DNA of 64,000 bases from the human T2T-CHM13v2.0 reference genome, Homo sapiens. The notes beneath the pieces were generated by a model. The model saw nothing but the letters and a program-made list of their open reading frames with translations. It was not told the origin of the DNA and did no database searches. The stretch lies in assembly GCF_009914755.1 (NCBI RefSeq), contig NC_060940.1; one strand, written 5' to 3'. The translations under genes were made by a program, and so were the position numbers. Positions 1 through 14,224 of the stretch are shown here, piece by piece (position 1 is the stretch's first letter; the number at the start of each line of letters is the position of its first letter).

Positions 1-82
1 AATAAAAAGTATGCAACACTGAATGGTTAAAGTGAAACATACCAGATAACCACCATCCTCTCGCCATCATTCATGCAGAGGT

Positions 83-398
83 GTTTTTTTTGATTGTTTG
101 TTTGAGATGGACTCTTACTCTGTCACCCAACCTGGAGTGCAGGGGCACTGTGTCGGCTCAGTGCAACCTCTGTCTCCTGCGTTCAAGCAATTCTCCTGCC
201 TCAGCCTCCTGAGTAGCTGGGATTACAGGCACCCACCACCACACCTGGCTAATTTTTAAATTTTTAGTAGAGATGGACTTCTTCATGTTTGTCAGTCTGG
301 TCTTGAACTCCCGACCTCAGGTGATCCACCCACCTCGGTGATCCACCCACCCAATCCCAAAGGGCTGGGATTACAGGCGTGAGCCACTGAGTCTGGCC
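83..398 (-). mobile_element. AluS (Sx/Sp/Sq-like), with internal 17-bp tandem duplication at 320-351
   Basis: Antisense Alu body (T-rich tail, gagatgg...ctcagcctcctgagtagctgggattacagg...gagccactgagtctggcc); TSD-like agaggt(g)tttttt at 77 and 399. Confidence 0.95.
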
Positions 399-429
399 AG
401 AGGTTTTTTAATGCATTCCTAAACATATG

Positions 430-1450
430 AACAGTCTTTCAAGGACCAACAGACATTAGGAGGAAGCCTTTGGGATGAAAGAGTGACGCCCTAATAAAAG
501 GACTCAGAGAGAAAAAGGACCAAATAATCCAGAGAGAAGAAGAAATTTACAAATAAGTTATCTCCAAAAGATAAGAGCAAGACATCACATTTGTAAAACA
601 AGAAAAAAAATAGGTGAGTGCAGGGAGCAGAATCAAAGAACACAAATAAGGTGAAAATTTTTTTAATATTGTAGAAAAATTTTTAGAAGTCAGGAGTGTT
701 TAGAGAACAAATTCAAATAAATTTCCAGAATATAAAATAAAAAGACAGAAAATAGACAATTAGTTAAGTGTATGCTTAAAAAATCAGAAGGAAGTCTTAT
801 ACTCAAATAATAGATGTTTCAAAAATAAAGAACAGAAAATAAAAATGGGAGGGGATTATCAAAAAAACAACAAAACACACTTTCTAGAACTGAAAGATGT
901 GAGTTTTCATGTCAAGTGTGTTCATCTTCAGCTAAGGAAGGAAGGAAAAAAGGAGAGACAAAAGGAGTAAGGGAGAGAGAGAAGACGAATTCCACACCCC
1001 ACACCATGATGTATTATTACGGAATTTCAGAACATTTAAGACACAGGATGGTCATTAAAATATTTTAGGAATGGGATAGAAGTGGGAAGAGAAGGAACAG
1101 GTCACATACAAAAGAATAAGAATCAGAATGGCATTAGAAATCTCAATGGAAACATCACAGGCTAGAAGACAGTGGATCAATGTCATCAAAATTTTAAATA
1201 AAAAATGATTTTCAACTTAAGTTTCTATACCCAGCCAAATTATCAATCCAGTGAAAAGGTAAAATAGAAAATTTTCCAATATGTAAGTACAAAAAAACCT
1301 TCTGTTCATGTACCTTTATTCAGGAAACTCCCAGAAGATGAGCTTTAACACGATGGAGTAGTAAATCAAGAAAGATAAATATACAAGATCCAGTACACAA
1401 AAGACCCAACACAGGACTAAAGAAGAAAACAGATAAGAGAAGGTAGCTGT
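430..1450 (+). mobile_element. Old L1M/L1ME fragment, ORF1 region, degenerate
   Basis: A-rich strand bias; aatcagaatggcattagaaatctcaa...gctagaagacagtgg...tttctatacccagccaaattatc resembles the 3' part of L1 ORF1; boundaries approximate. Confidence 0.7.
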
Positions 1451-2619
1451 GCCCAGGCTAGAGACCAAACAGAGGAAGAAGGGTGTTTATGGACTGTTTT
1501 TTGTGTCTGGGTATGAGCATTGGGTAAAAGTGTTTATGCTTCACCTATCAGTTGCAGTATGTGTCAGACGTTATGCTAATCACTGAAATTATATACTTTA
1601 ATTATCATATTATATGGAATATAATTATTGTACGTTTACTATTACAAAATTGCTATTATTTATGTTATTATTAAGTTACTGTTACCTCACCAGAGGAAAA
1701 CATCTAAATGGGTTTCCACCCTATTTTAAAGATTTTGAATAAAAATACAAACTCTAAGATTAGCATAAATTTTGCTTTGAAGACCAAGAGGAAGTTATCA
1801 GCTGGAACTGATCCGCAATGAGAGATGTAACTGCCTGACAAGAGACATAAGCCATGGAAGAAAAGAAAGAAAATAAACAAACCTCAAACATGGATCCAAA
1901 ATAAAAAGGAGCAAGAAAGATGATTCAATTATAGGAATTGATGTATGACTGTGCTACTTCCCACAAGGGCAAATCTACCTGTCCCTGGGTGAATAACAGC
2001 AGGGATTCATGTATATGGTGAAAGCTAACAATTCTCCCCTGAATACCAGAATTCCCTGTCCACAAACAGCTCAAATGTCATGGGTGGACCCATAAACAGA
2101 AATGCGAGGCTGTGGTTTGACAAGGACAGAAGTAGCAGCATATAAAATTGTTGTCCGGAAGAGTGGTCCATCCACCCTCCCTGAAGAACTAGGATCTTTC
2201 TACCGAAGGAGTCCCATGGGAAAACTAGGAATTGGCGAGGTGGGAGGAGCTGACACGGTATCTGTGGTGGATGGGAGTGCAAATTTGAATACACACGATC
2301 ATAAAACAGGAGAGACAGGAAAAGAGATGAAAATTGGGCTGTAGACAGACTGCAAAGGATTTCAATTTTCACATTTCATAAAGGTAACTGCTAAAGTTTA
2401 TTCCAATCATACTACAGGGCAGGTATTAGGCTAAGCACTTATTTTATTTAATATTCGTTCCTGAGTTATCTGCCTAAGTCCACTTTATAGACTGAGAAAC
2501 TGCCATGCAGAGACAAATATGTATTCTGTAAGAGGTAAGAAAGCCAGAGTAATTCCTAATTGCAAGATGGGTTATTTGACGAGAGCAGGAAATATTTGGA
2601 ATTTAAAACTGGATTTTGA

Positions 2620-2998
<379 letters not shown>

Positions 2999-3705
2999 CT
3001 AGAATGCATAGTCCTGCATGGCATTTCACTAGCCTGACACTTGTTAATTACTGTGCAAGTTAATTTCATCTTATTTCCTGACACATGGAAAAGACGGGAA
3101 ATGGATGCGGCTCTCAGTTTCACAAGCCTGGATTTGAGCTTCCTGACAGATAGTACACTGCAGGAAGTGAACTGGACAGATTGACTCTCTGGTCTGTTGA
3201 AGCTGGAGAAAGTTCAATAAGTCAGCTGTCAGTGTAGGGTCCCTTGCAGTCTCAGGAATTTCAATTTCAAAGTGCAAGAGATTGAAGTTTCAAAACACAA
3301 GATCATCAAAAGCTAATGATTCCTGAATTCTGCCAGGGGTGTGGAAGCAGGTGAGAAACAGTGGCTATCAGAAGGGTGTGCAGGAGCTGAGACACTTCTT
3401 GCACAAGATTAATTCTGCAGGCGTTGTGAGGAGAGAAGAGAGCTTGAATGTGAGGGGTGGGCCCCCTGAGATATTTCAAAGGCATGGGAAGGGCCTTGTA
3501 TTCATATCTGCTCTCATCTCTGTTGCTCCCTGGCCAAATAGGTGAATCTCCAAAGAGAAAGCCGAATCACTGAAAAGGCAGGTGACCCTCAGCAGGAATA
3601 GAGCTCAAGTTGTCTATTAAAGAACAAAGCCTTATTGCATGAGAGGGTTTTCCAGACACTGTACTTTTGTATGGTACAGGCTTGAGGTTTTTATATTCTA
3701 AAGAT

Positions 3706-4201
3706 AAGGTGAACATTCATCTTGATTCCCCAGAACAGCCCCCCTTTTTTGCCTGCTGTCCCACTCATGTCAATAGTGAACCTCACTCTCAAATGGATTC
3801 CAGTTTGTTTCGCTCAATATGATGTTTCTGAGAGTCAACCTTTTTGTTGAAAGTAGTTCTTCCTTTGCTATTGCTGAGTACATATAAAAAAAATACATAC
3901 TGCATGATTTCATTTAGATGAAGTTCATGAGCAGGCAATGTTAATTTACGATGACAGAAATGAGAAAAATGGTTACCTTTAGGTAAGTAGGGAAGGTGGC
4001 CAGTGACTACGAAGGGTCTTGTTAGAGCTTTCTGGACTGATGAGAATTGTTTTCTTTATTGCTCTCGGTGGTGGTTACATGGGTTAATATATATGCAAAA
4101 ATGTATCAAGATATACAGATAAGATTTATACATTTACTTTGTAGAAATTTCACCTGAATAAAAAGCGTCCTGGTTTAGTCAATAAATTATATGGCCACTT
4201 A
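3706..4201. mobile_element. MER94-like hAT-Blackjack MITE, split by an L1ME insertion (halves 3706-3807 and 4161-4201)
   Basis: Left aaggtgaacatt...gcctgctgtccc...cactctcaaa and right aaaagcgtcctggtttagtcaataaattatatggccactt match the remembered MER94 consensus. Confidence 0.65.
3808..4160 (+). mobile_element. L1ME/L1MD 3' end with inverted 5' segment (3808-3880)
   Basis: catactgcatgatttcatttagatgaagttc...ggtggtggttacatggg...cacctgaataaa is an L1ME-type 3' UTR; 3808-3880 is the antisense of the adjacent upstream L1 segment. Confidence 0.7.
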
Positions 4202-5799
4202 ATTTAACAGAGTCTCCTTTCAGCCGAAAACTTGAGTGGGTTTCTATGCTTGCCAGCTGTTTCTTTAGCTCAGAGGGTGGAGTTTTTCCTATAAAATGGG
4301 CTGTACAGTGCTTCCAGGACTTATACATAGCGACTTCAGGCTTACTCATCGCTGGGGCATTCCCTGATTTTGCATTCAAGTTTTGTGTGTGGGACCTACG
4401 GCTTGACCAAAAACTTGCAGAAAGGGTTTTTAGTTCTGTTCTTTAGGGCAAAGTGTCGGTGATGTCACCTCCTAACTCATGGTCTTGTTCTCCTAATATT
4501 TCCTTGACTGCTGCAAGATACCAAGTGAGTGCAGAGCTCAGCATCTGAGAGTAGATCACTGCCAGGGTCCTGAATCTGGACTGAATATATCTAAAATGCC
4601 ACCTAATAGTCATATATGGAATGAGCTCGCATCTCCAAGATCAATATCCAAGGCAACTATTGAAACAGGAATAACAATGGGTTTCAGCCAATGCTTAGGT
4701 CACTTGAGGGTTAAGAAATGCCACCCCTTCCATTTTTACAGCTAACCCTATTCTCTTACCCTATGCAGAAGGCAGGCACTATTCTCCCTAAAGGTTCAGG
4801 GAAATCCAGGTATTGGAATGAAATTGAGACCTGCACTATCAATAAGAGAAAAGGAATTGCCAATTTCCTAGACTCTGAAACCTCTGCACCTAAGCGTCCA
4901 CAAGAGGAAAGAGATTAGGGACTTTTCATTTCAAGAAACAGCGAGATGAACACAGAATAAAGGCAGGACTTCCAAACAGTACTGGGAGCGGAGGAGGAGA
5001 CAGCGGAAGAAGGCGAGGCTTGTCAAAAAAGATTGAAAGCCAGAAGAGTCTAGAAGATTCAAAGCAGACCAGAATATCTGCATCCATTTAAGGTTGGGAG
5101 TCTGCAAAGTTAGTTAAAGAAAGTCATCCTTAGGCATTGGGAAAATTCAATTTTCATCACAGGTCCTGATGACATTTCCTTTAAACGCCAGATTCAATAG
5201 GGAGATACACCTTCAGGGGGAAAAATTCTCTACAGTAAGAAGGCCAGATAAGGAAACGAGTTCAAAGCTCTTTTTCCTGCTATGCAAATACTCTCCAGTA
5301 ACACTAATAAGATAAATATATTTCTGCAAGATACCAAGTTTTCTCAGTCACAGGTTTATTTGGGAAGATTTCTATCCACTCTTTGCTTCTAAATTGAACA
5401 CCTTGTGACTGAAAATATAAAGGTATTTTTCTCCAATGGAAAGATCTGTGTTCGACGTTCAAAATCCAAGGGACAGAACACAGGTGGCAATTCGGTCTCT
5501 GTTGTGTCCGCAGATCTGGATGAACTGGAAATATCATACCAAGGTCTCACAGAGATGAACGAATGAGTAAATGTCACTTTGCCCACACCTTCTGCCCACA
5601 TAGATGAAGAGACAGACCAAGAAAAAAGGGACTCGTGAAAGGTCACTCCACTGGGGACAATACCTGATTATCCATCATCCATTTCTGCAATCGTTCCACC
5701 ATGCCATGAGTCAACAGCAAAGGAAATATTGAGAGATCACCCCTTGCTAAATGTCAGTTCTTGAGCAAACCACTCAGGACGGAGATTTCTTACTATGGT

Positions 5800-5990
5800 G
5801 GAGCCGTATGGTAAGAACATAAACCCTGGAGTCGGACACACTCGGACTGAAACTCTGTAACTTTTCTCTCTGCGTCTCATTCGTAAAATGGAAATGATAA
5901 TTCCTTACTTACCAGGTGATTATGCATGTAAATGAGATAACATGGGCAGAGCACTTAGCACAGAGCCAGAAACAGGAGATACTTGGATGT
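5800..5990 (+). mobile_element. MIR
   Basis: ctcattcgtaaaatggaaatgataa core; aaatgagataa...gcacttagcacag. Confidence 0.75.
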
Positions 5991-6000
5991 GCCGTCAGCG

Positions 6001-6307
6001 GTATGAGTTTCCTGTGGTTGCTGTGAAAAATTATGACCAATTTAGTGACTTAAAACTGCAGAAATTTATCATCTGACATTTGTGGCGGTCAGAAGTATGC
6101 AGTGCCTAAACTCAGTGTTGGCAGGGCTGTGTTCCTTCTGGAGGCGCTAAGAAAAAATTCATTTCTTTGCTTTTTCCTTCCAGTTTCTGGAAGTTCCTGT
6201 ATTCCTTGGCTCATGGCCTCTTCCCCTATCTTCAAACCATCAAAGTGGCATCCTCAAATTTCTCTCTCTCTCTCTCTCTCTCTCTCCTCATCTCTCTTTT
6301 AGTCATA

Positions 6308-6338
<31 letters not shown>

Positions 6339-6579
6339 ATGTTCTTTCTATTATCACATCTCCTTTCCTCTAATTGTGATCCTCCCCATCCCTCCTTCTG
6401 ATAAAGACCCTGTGATCACATTGGATCCCAGTTAATCCAGGATAATGTCCCCATCTCAAGATCTTTAACTTAATCACACCTGCTAAGTTCCCTTTCCCAC
6501 ATGAAACAATAATGTATTCGCAGGTTCTGGGGATGAAGACATGAATGTATCTGAGGGGGATGTTATTCAGCCTCTCACA
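6001..6579 (-). mobile_element. MLT1 (MLT1C/D-like) MaLR solo LTR
   Basis: tatgagtttcctgtggttgctgt...ttggcagggctgtgttccttctggagg...atccaggataat...ttattcagcctctcaca. Confidence 0.85.
6261..6337. repeat. (CT)n and (CA)n microsatellites inside the MLT1
   Basis: About 13 CT units then about 14 CA units, seen directly. Confidence 0.95.
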
Positions 6580-6599
6580 ACTGTTATTGCTTTTATTGG

Positions 6600-6974
6600 T
6601 GATATGGCTTGACTCTGTGTTCGCTCACATCTCACCTTGAATTGTTATCCCCATAATCCCCACGTGTAAAGGGCGGGACCAGGTGGAGGTAAGTGGATCA
6701 CAGGTGTGGTTTCCCCCATGCTGTGCTTGTGATGGTGAGTGAGTCTCACAAGATCTGATGGTTTTATAAGTGTCTGACAGTTCCCTGCTTGTGCTCACTC
6801 CATCCTGCCACCCTGTGAAGAAGGTGCCCGCTTCTCCTTTGCTTTCCACCATGATTGTAAGCCTCCTGAGGCCTCCCCAGAAATGTGGAACTGTGAGTCA
6901 ATTAAACTTCCTTCCTTTATAAATTACCCAGTCTCAGGTATTTCTTCACAGCAGCATGAAAACAAACTAATACA
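6600..6974 (+). mobile_element. THE1D-like MaLR solo LTR
   Basis: tgatatgg...ctaataca termini; perfect 5-bp TSD attgg at 6595-6599 and 6975-6979. Confidence 0.92.
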
Positions 6975-7241
6975 ATTGGGTTGGTAACTTTTCAAGCAAT
7001 ACCACTCAAGAAATCTGGATTCAATATGCTGAGATTAATTTTTCAAATTTATGTTGTTTTTAACTGTTGGTATTTAGTTATTCATTTTTTTTTTCAGTCT
7101 ATTGATGTGTCACCTAAAATAGACCTCTGTTCCACAGGTGGCCCCTATGCAACATTTTGGGAGACTAGCGATACCAGCTGTTGCTCTTCATAGTGGAGGA
7201 AAATATTCAAAGTCCATAATTTTTGGTTCTCAGTTGCTTCA

Positions 7242-7742
<501 letters not shown>

Positions 7743-8164
7743 CTACTTAGTTGGCACAAAGAAGTTTTTAGTGAAGGATTATAATAACGCCTTTCTGCCA
7801 TCCTCTCCACAGTAAACTTGGGGAAGAGAAAATTAGCTCTGCCAGAAAGTGTCCCTGAAATCCTCTCTCCTTATTCTATTTTGAGCCCTCGCACCAGTTG
7901 CCTCCTCCAAAGATAATTTCCCGAGGGCAGCCTCAAACCAGAAGAAAATAATTGCATTTTTGCTGGGGTCCGTGTTTCTCTGAGTGGATTTGTACTCTCG
8001 CCTGTATTTTCATACTTCTGTTCAGAGCTGTACGTGGACCATCGAACCCTTTTACAAAGAAAAAAAACGCTAAAACCTGAACAGAATTAAACCATAAAGG
8101 CAACCTTCAGTTTTGGAATCCAGGGAACAAATGGCCTTTATGTCAACGGGTTGTTCCTTTCAAC

Positions 8165-8413
8165 CAGGGTTTACCGATTTTTTTTTCCATAAAGAATCAA
8201 ATAATCTTTTAGACTGCCTGAGAGTCAATCTAATCCTTTAGACTCTGTGGATCATATGGTCTCTATCACAGCTACTCAGCCCTGCCTTTGTAGTCTAAAA
8301 GCAGCTGTAGACAACATGTACATGAATGGGCATGGCTGTGTTCTAATAAAACTATTTACAAAAAACAGGCAGCATATGAGTTTGGCCTGCACATTATGGT
8401 TTACCAACTCCTG
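8165..8413 (+). mobile_element. MER58A hAT-Charlie MITE
   Basis: ggtctctatcacagctactcagccctgcc...gggcatggctgtgttctaataaaactatttacaaaaaacaggc. Confidence 0.85.
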
Positions 8414-8719
8414 CTTTAAACTTTTGCAACACTTAAGGGTGAAAAGAGAAGAAAGCAAAAATGAACACAGAATGGGAGAGAGGAGGAGACCCAGGCTGAA
8501 AAGGAACTGGAACATTTGTTGGCCTTCCCAGGAGCCAAATAAGTGACTAAAAATTTGGAAAATTTCATTCTTTTCCTCCTAGCTGAGGCCTGGCCCCAGG
8601 CAAAATGATGAAACTGGAGCACCTCAATTCTGCCCGCGCTTTCAGCCTTCCACATCACACTATGCACCCTCATGCTCGTGGAGCGTTACAGTCAGGAGGC
8701 GCCTAAGAGCTCATTTCCA

Positions 8720-8830
8720 CTCTTGATGTGAAGAACCCTCCGTTGGTCATTCTGAACAGATGGCCAGTGAGCCACAGCATGAACATCTCAAGTGATGGGG
8801 ATCTCATTTCTCCAGAAGCTGACTGATTCC
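8720..8830 (-). mobile_element. CR1/L3-type 3' end fragment
   Basis: Minus strand gagatccccatcacttgagatgttcatgctgtggctc...ccatctgttcagaatg resembles the CR1/L3 3' UTR. Confidence 0.5.
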
Positions 8831-9229
8831 AGCAGGTGGAATATGATATGGTAGGAAAAAAAAATGGATCTTCGAAGAAAAAAAACAACCAACCAAACAA
8901 ACAAAAAACCCAGAATTCTGAGCCTATAACTGTCCACCTTGTCACCTGACCCATGCCTTTAACCTGGGACCTTAAACTTTGTAACAATGAAACCCTGACA
9001 AAATGTCTTAACCATGGTTATTCTCCCCAAATATCTAGTCTGTATGGACTAGATGGAGTTCCAATTTTAAAAAACACCAACAGAGAAAAAAAAAGTATGA
9101 GTTATTCTCAGAGCTTGGAGCTTGACAATATGATTCTAAAACTTTTATGACCAATAATTATCAGGATAAGGGAGGCAGGAGGTTCATCCTACTAGTGTAT
9201 CAAGAATTAGGATAAACCTAGAACATGTC

Positions 9230-11977
9230 TACCTTTCATCAAATCTAAGATGCCTCTGATTGTAAGACACATACAATCTTTTGTTTTTCATTTTTTTTTA
9301 TTATTACACTTTAAGTTCTAGGGTACATGTGCACAACAGGCAGGTTTGTTACATATGTATACATGTGCCATGTTGGTGTGCTGCACCCATTAACTCGTCA
9401 TTTACATTAGGTATATCTCCTAATGCTATCCCTCCCCCGTCCCCCAACCCCTTCTTATGTCCAGGTGTTCTCATTGTTCAATTCCCACCTATGAGTGAGA
9501 ACATGCAGTGTTTGGTTTTTTGTCCTTGCGATAGTTTGCTGAGAATGGTGGTTTCTAGCCTCATCCATGTCCCTACAAAGGACATGAACTCATCATTTTT
9601 TATGGCTGCATAGTATTCTGTGGTGTATATGTGTGACATTTTTCTTAATCCAGTCTATCATTGATGGACATTTGGGTTGGTTCCAAGTCTTTGCTATTGT
9701 GAATAGTGCCGCAATAAACACACGTGTGCATGTGTCTTTATAGCAGCATGATTTATAGTCCTTTGGGTATATACCCAGTAATGGGATGGCTGGATCAAAT
9801 GGTGTTTCTAGTTAGATCCTTGAGGAATCACCACACTGTTTTCCACAATGGTTGAACTAGTTTACAGTCCCACCAACAGTGTAAAAGTGTTCCTATTTCT
9901 CCACATCCTCTCCAGCACCTGTTGTTTCCTGACTTTTTAAAGATCGCCATTCTAACTGGTATAAGATGGTATCCCATTGTGGTTTTGATTTGCATTTTTC
10001 TGATGGCCAGTGATGATGAGCATTTTTTCATGTGTCTTTTGGCTGCATAAATGTCTTCTTTTGAGAAGTGTCTGTTCATATCCTTCACCCACTTTTTGAT
10101 GGGGTTGTTTGTTTTTTTCTTGTAAATTTGTTTGAGCTCTTTGTAGATTCTGGATATTAGCCCTTTGTTAGATGAGTAGGTTGTGAAAATTTTCTCCCAT
10201 TCTGTAGGTTGCCTGTTCACTCCGATGGTAGTTTCTTTTGCTGTGCAGAAGCTCTTGAGTTTAATTAGATTCCATTTGTCAATTTTGGCTTTTGTTGCCA
10301 TTGCTTTTGGTGTTTTAGACATGAAGTCCTTGCCCATGCCTACGTCCTGAATGGTATTGCCTAGGTTTTCTTCTAGGGTTTTTATGGTTTTAGGTCTAAC
10401 ATTTAATTCTTTAATCCATCTTGAATTAATTTTTGTATAAGGTGTAAGGAAGGGATCCAGTTTCAGCTTTCTACATATGGCTAGCAAGTTTTCCCAGCAC
10501 CATTTATTAAGTAGGGAATCATTTCCCCATTTCTTGTTTTTGTCAGATTTGTCAAAGATCAGATGGTTGTAGATACGTGGCGTTATTTCTGAGGGCTCTG
10601 TTCTGTTCCATTGGTCTATATCTCTGTTTTGGTACCAGTACCATGCTGTTTTGGTTTACTGTAGCCTTGTAGCATAGTTTGATGTCACGTAGCGTGATGC
10701 CTCCAGCTTTGTTCTTTTGGCTTAGGATTGACTTGGCAACGTGGGCTCTTTTTTGGTTCCATATGAACTTTAAAGTAGTTTTTTCCAATTCTGTGAAGAA
10801 AGTCATTGGTAGCTTGATGGGGATGGCATTCAATCTATAAATTACCTTGGGCAGTATGGCCATTTTCACGATATTGATTCTTCCTACCCATAAGCATGGA
10901 TTGTTCTTCCATTTGTTTGTATCCTCTTTTATTTCGTTGAGCAGTGCTTTGTAATTCTCCTTGAAGAGGTCCTTCACATCCCTTGTAAGTTGGATTCCTA
11001 GGTATTTTATTCTCTTTGAAGCAGCTGTGAATGGGAGTTCACTCATGATTTGGCTCTCTGTTTGTCTGTTACTGGTATATAAAAATGCTTGTGATTTTTG
11101 CACATTGATTTTGTATCCTGAGACTTTGCTGAAGTTGCTTATCAGCTTAAGGAGATTTTGGCTGAGATGATGGGGTTTTCTAAATATACAATCATGTCAT
11201 CTGCAAACAGAGACAATTTGACTTCCTCTTTTCCTAATTGAATACCCTTTATTTCTTTCTCCTGCCTGATTGCCCTGGCCAGAACTTCCAACGCTATGTT
11301 GAATAGGAGTGGTGAAAGAGGGCATCCCTGTGTGGTGTCAGTTTTCACAGGGGATACTTCCAGATTTTGCCCATTCAGTATGATATTGGCTATGGGTTTG
11401 TCATAAATAGCACTTTTTATTTTGAGATACGTCCAAAGGAGGAGCTGGTACCATTCCTTCTGAAACTATTCCAATCAATAGAAAAAGAGAGAATCCTCTC
11501 TAACTCATTTTATGAGGCCAGCATCATCCTGATACCAAAGCCTGGCAGAAACACAACAAAAAAAGAGAATTTTAGACCAATATCCCGGATGAACATCAAT
11601 GCAAAAACACTCAGTAAAATACTGGCAAACCGAATCCAGCAACACATCAAAAAGCTTATCCACCATGATCAAGTGGGCTTCCTCCCTGGGATGCAAGGTT
11701 GGTTCAACATATGCAAATCAATAAATGTAATCCAGCATATGAAGAGAACCAAAGACAAAAACCACATGATTATCTCAATAGATGCAGAAAAGACCTTTGA
11801 CAAAATTCAACAGCCCTTCATGCTAAACATTCTCAATAAATTAAGACACATACTATCTTACACACAGTAACGAGAAAAACCATGTCGTGAGTTGCATTGA
11901 TAGTAACACGCATCACAATTTGAGACATGGCAAAGTATGGGGGAGTAAAAGTACATCTTAGAATCAATGATATATAG
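9230..11977. mobile_element. MER104/Kanga-like Tc2 DNA transposon split by L1PA (halves ~9230-9280 and ~11842-11977)
   Basis: TIR-like ends ctttcatcaaatctaagatg and catcttagaatcaatgatata. Confidence 0.6.
9281..11841 (-). mobile_element. L1PA4/5-like, 5'-truncated and 5'-inverted (twin priming); frameshifted ORF2 remnants
   Basis: ORF-track peptides at 9828-10487, 10552-11103 and 11142-11348 ([22 protein letters not shown]) on minus, and part of 11367-11870 (ENFRPIS, HHDQVGF) on plus; 18-bp TSD taagacacatac(a/t)atctt at 9263-9280 and 11842-11859. Confidence 0.96.
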
Positions 11978-14224
11978 TACAAACAGTGCGGAACACAAAT
12001 AAAATTAGATCCGTCACTCCCACCATATAAAAATTATATTCTGAATGGATTAAGGTCCTATCTGTGAAAAAAATCTTTAAAATATTTTGTATGACAAAAA
12101 AATTAAAAAAAAATACCAAAAGAAAAGTTAAAAGATAAGCCACAGCTGGGAGAAGATATTTGCAACACATAAAATGAAAAGTGGATTTGTTCCCAGAATA
12201 TAAAGGAGATCTACAGATCAATAAGAAAAGACAAACAAGCTAACATGAGAAGCAGCAATTCACAGAGGAGGAATCTTGCATGGCCAGTAAATGTGTGAAA
12301 AAGAGCACATCCTGCTCTGTAAGCAGAACAATGCAGATTGAAACAATAAGATATAGAACCACCAGAGGAGCAAAATAATATCAAGTGTTGTCAAGAATGT
12401 GTACAAACACAAGCTCTACAACTTATGGGAGTAGAAACTACATGACCACTTTGGAGAGGAATTTGATAATGCTTGAAATATTTGAAGATGTTCATCCTAC
12501 ATCCCAACATCCAGTGCTTTGAGAAATATACTCCAGAGAAGCTCTTGACCATGTACATTTGGATTCAGATAAAAAGATGTCGAATTTTGGCATTGTTTGA
12601 AACTGAAAAAATTTGAAATCAATTGTCAACTGAAGAATGAATAAACATATTATAGTACATTCTAACAATGGAATACTACACAGCTGTCAAAAGGAATGGG
12701 TAAATCTACATAGTGCTGAAGGTTGCACAACAATATGAATGTCCTTAAAATGTCACTGATCTGTACACTTAAAAATGGTTAAAATTATAAATTTTATGTT
12801 ATACATATTTTACAACAATAAAAATTTTTTTAAATGATCCTTGAATAAATGGCTGATTCAAGATGTGAGGCAAGGAAAATACAAGATGAGATGGAGTATC
12901 TTGTAGTACCAGAAAGTAAGGAAGCAGTAAAAAATGTAAAAAGATGAGGTACTGTCAAAGAGACAGGAGTTAACTTGAAACAGTTCCTGGTTGCAAAAGC
13001 TGAAATAATTCAGGCAATGAGACAAACATCATGGTACTGGATTATAACTCAAAGTATAAATAAATATCCATGAGTCTCCGCTGATATAAATAAATGATTG
13101 AGTAAATAAATAAGTGGGGGAAATAGACAAATCTGCCTTATAGAAGAATTTTATTTAATACACATTGATACGCCCCTCTCCAGAAGGTGAAGTTTAAAAG
13201 TCCCACCCCTTAAGTATGGGCTAGATTTAGTTACTTGCTTCCAAGCAATAGAGAATGGAAAGGTGGAAAAGAATAACTTTACAACGGAGAAATCTGGCAG
13301 ATTCACCTTAACCAAGTGATGAAGGTTAACATCATCAGGGAAGTCATGTTGGCATCATGTCTACCCTGATAGGATGAGATGAGAAGGACAATTAATCTCT
13401 ATGGTATTCTTTCCAAAAACCCATCACCCCAGTGTCATCAGGAGCAAATATCAGACACACCCAGATTAGGGGACATTCTGGCAGATACCTGGACAATACT
13501 TCCTCAACCCTGTCCCAGGTCATGAAAAGCAAAGGAAAAAGACTGAGAAACAACCAAGAAGAGACTGGGGAGAGAAGTAAATGCAATAAGGTGCTCTCAT
13601 TGGACCCTGGAACAGAAAGAAGACACTGACAGAAAAACTAGAAAAATTCTAATGAAGTCTGGAATTTAATTAATAATATTTTACCAACGTTGGTTTCGTT
13701 GTGTCTCCGTTTTGACCATAAACTGTGTTAATATACGATGTTATGAATAAGAAAACTGAGTGAAGCATTGATGGCAACTCTTTGTACTGTCTGCTTGACT
13801 TTTCTGTAAATGTAATTGCCAAATCAGAAAGTTTTAGATGTTTAAAATAAAGTGAATAAGCTAAAAACAAAGGCACACAGTATTATTCCATTTTTTTGTA
13901 AATATCTAAAACACTCAAAAATACTATTTTTTATTAAGGGGTATATACTCAAGTAGTGAAAACATAAAAACTGAAAAATGAAATAAAAGCATAAAAGGGG
14001 TAATACAAACTAGCTTCAGGAGACTGGTCATCTCTGGAGAAAAGGAGGGCATTTGACTGGGGTGTAAAACTGCCAATTTTTAAAAATATGCTAAGAGCTG
14101 TCAAAATGGGTTTGATAAGTTTATGAGTATTTACTATTCTCTATACTTTCCTGAATACATAAAGCTCCCCATAATTTATAAATAAATATTTATACAGCCA
14201 AAAGGGGGAGGAAAAGGGAAACTC

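Larger units (their letters stand above)
9050..14180 (+). mobile_element. Old L1M (L1ME-like ORF2/3' UTR) host, interrupted by MER104-like, L1PA, an L1MB 3' end (~12715-12830) and an L1MC/MD 3' UTR (~12835-13850)
   Basis: cttgacaatatgattctaaaactttta; gggagaagatatttgcaacaca; ccttaaccaagtgatgaaggttaacatca; A-rich strand bias. Confidence 0.7.

Noticed and set aside
2025-2372. Overlapping 115-aa and 80-aa ORFs
   Set aside because: No recognisable domain or convincing exon boundaries; consistent with chance ORFs
4500-5750. Possible ancient LINE (CR1/RTE-like) or pseudogene remnant
   Set aside because: No convincing consensus or peptide match by eye; needs a Dfam or tBLASTn search
9828-11870. ORFs of 219, 183, 68 and 167 aa
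   Set aside because: Frameshifted L1 ORF2 pieces in a truncated, inverted L1; not a host gene or an active element
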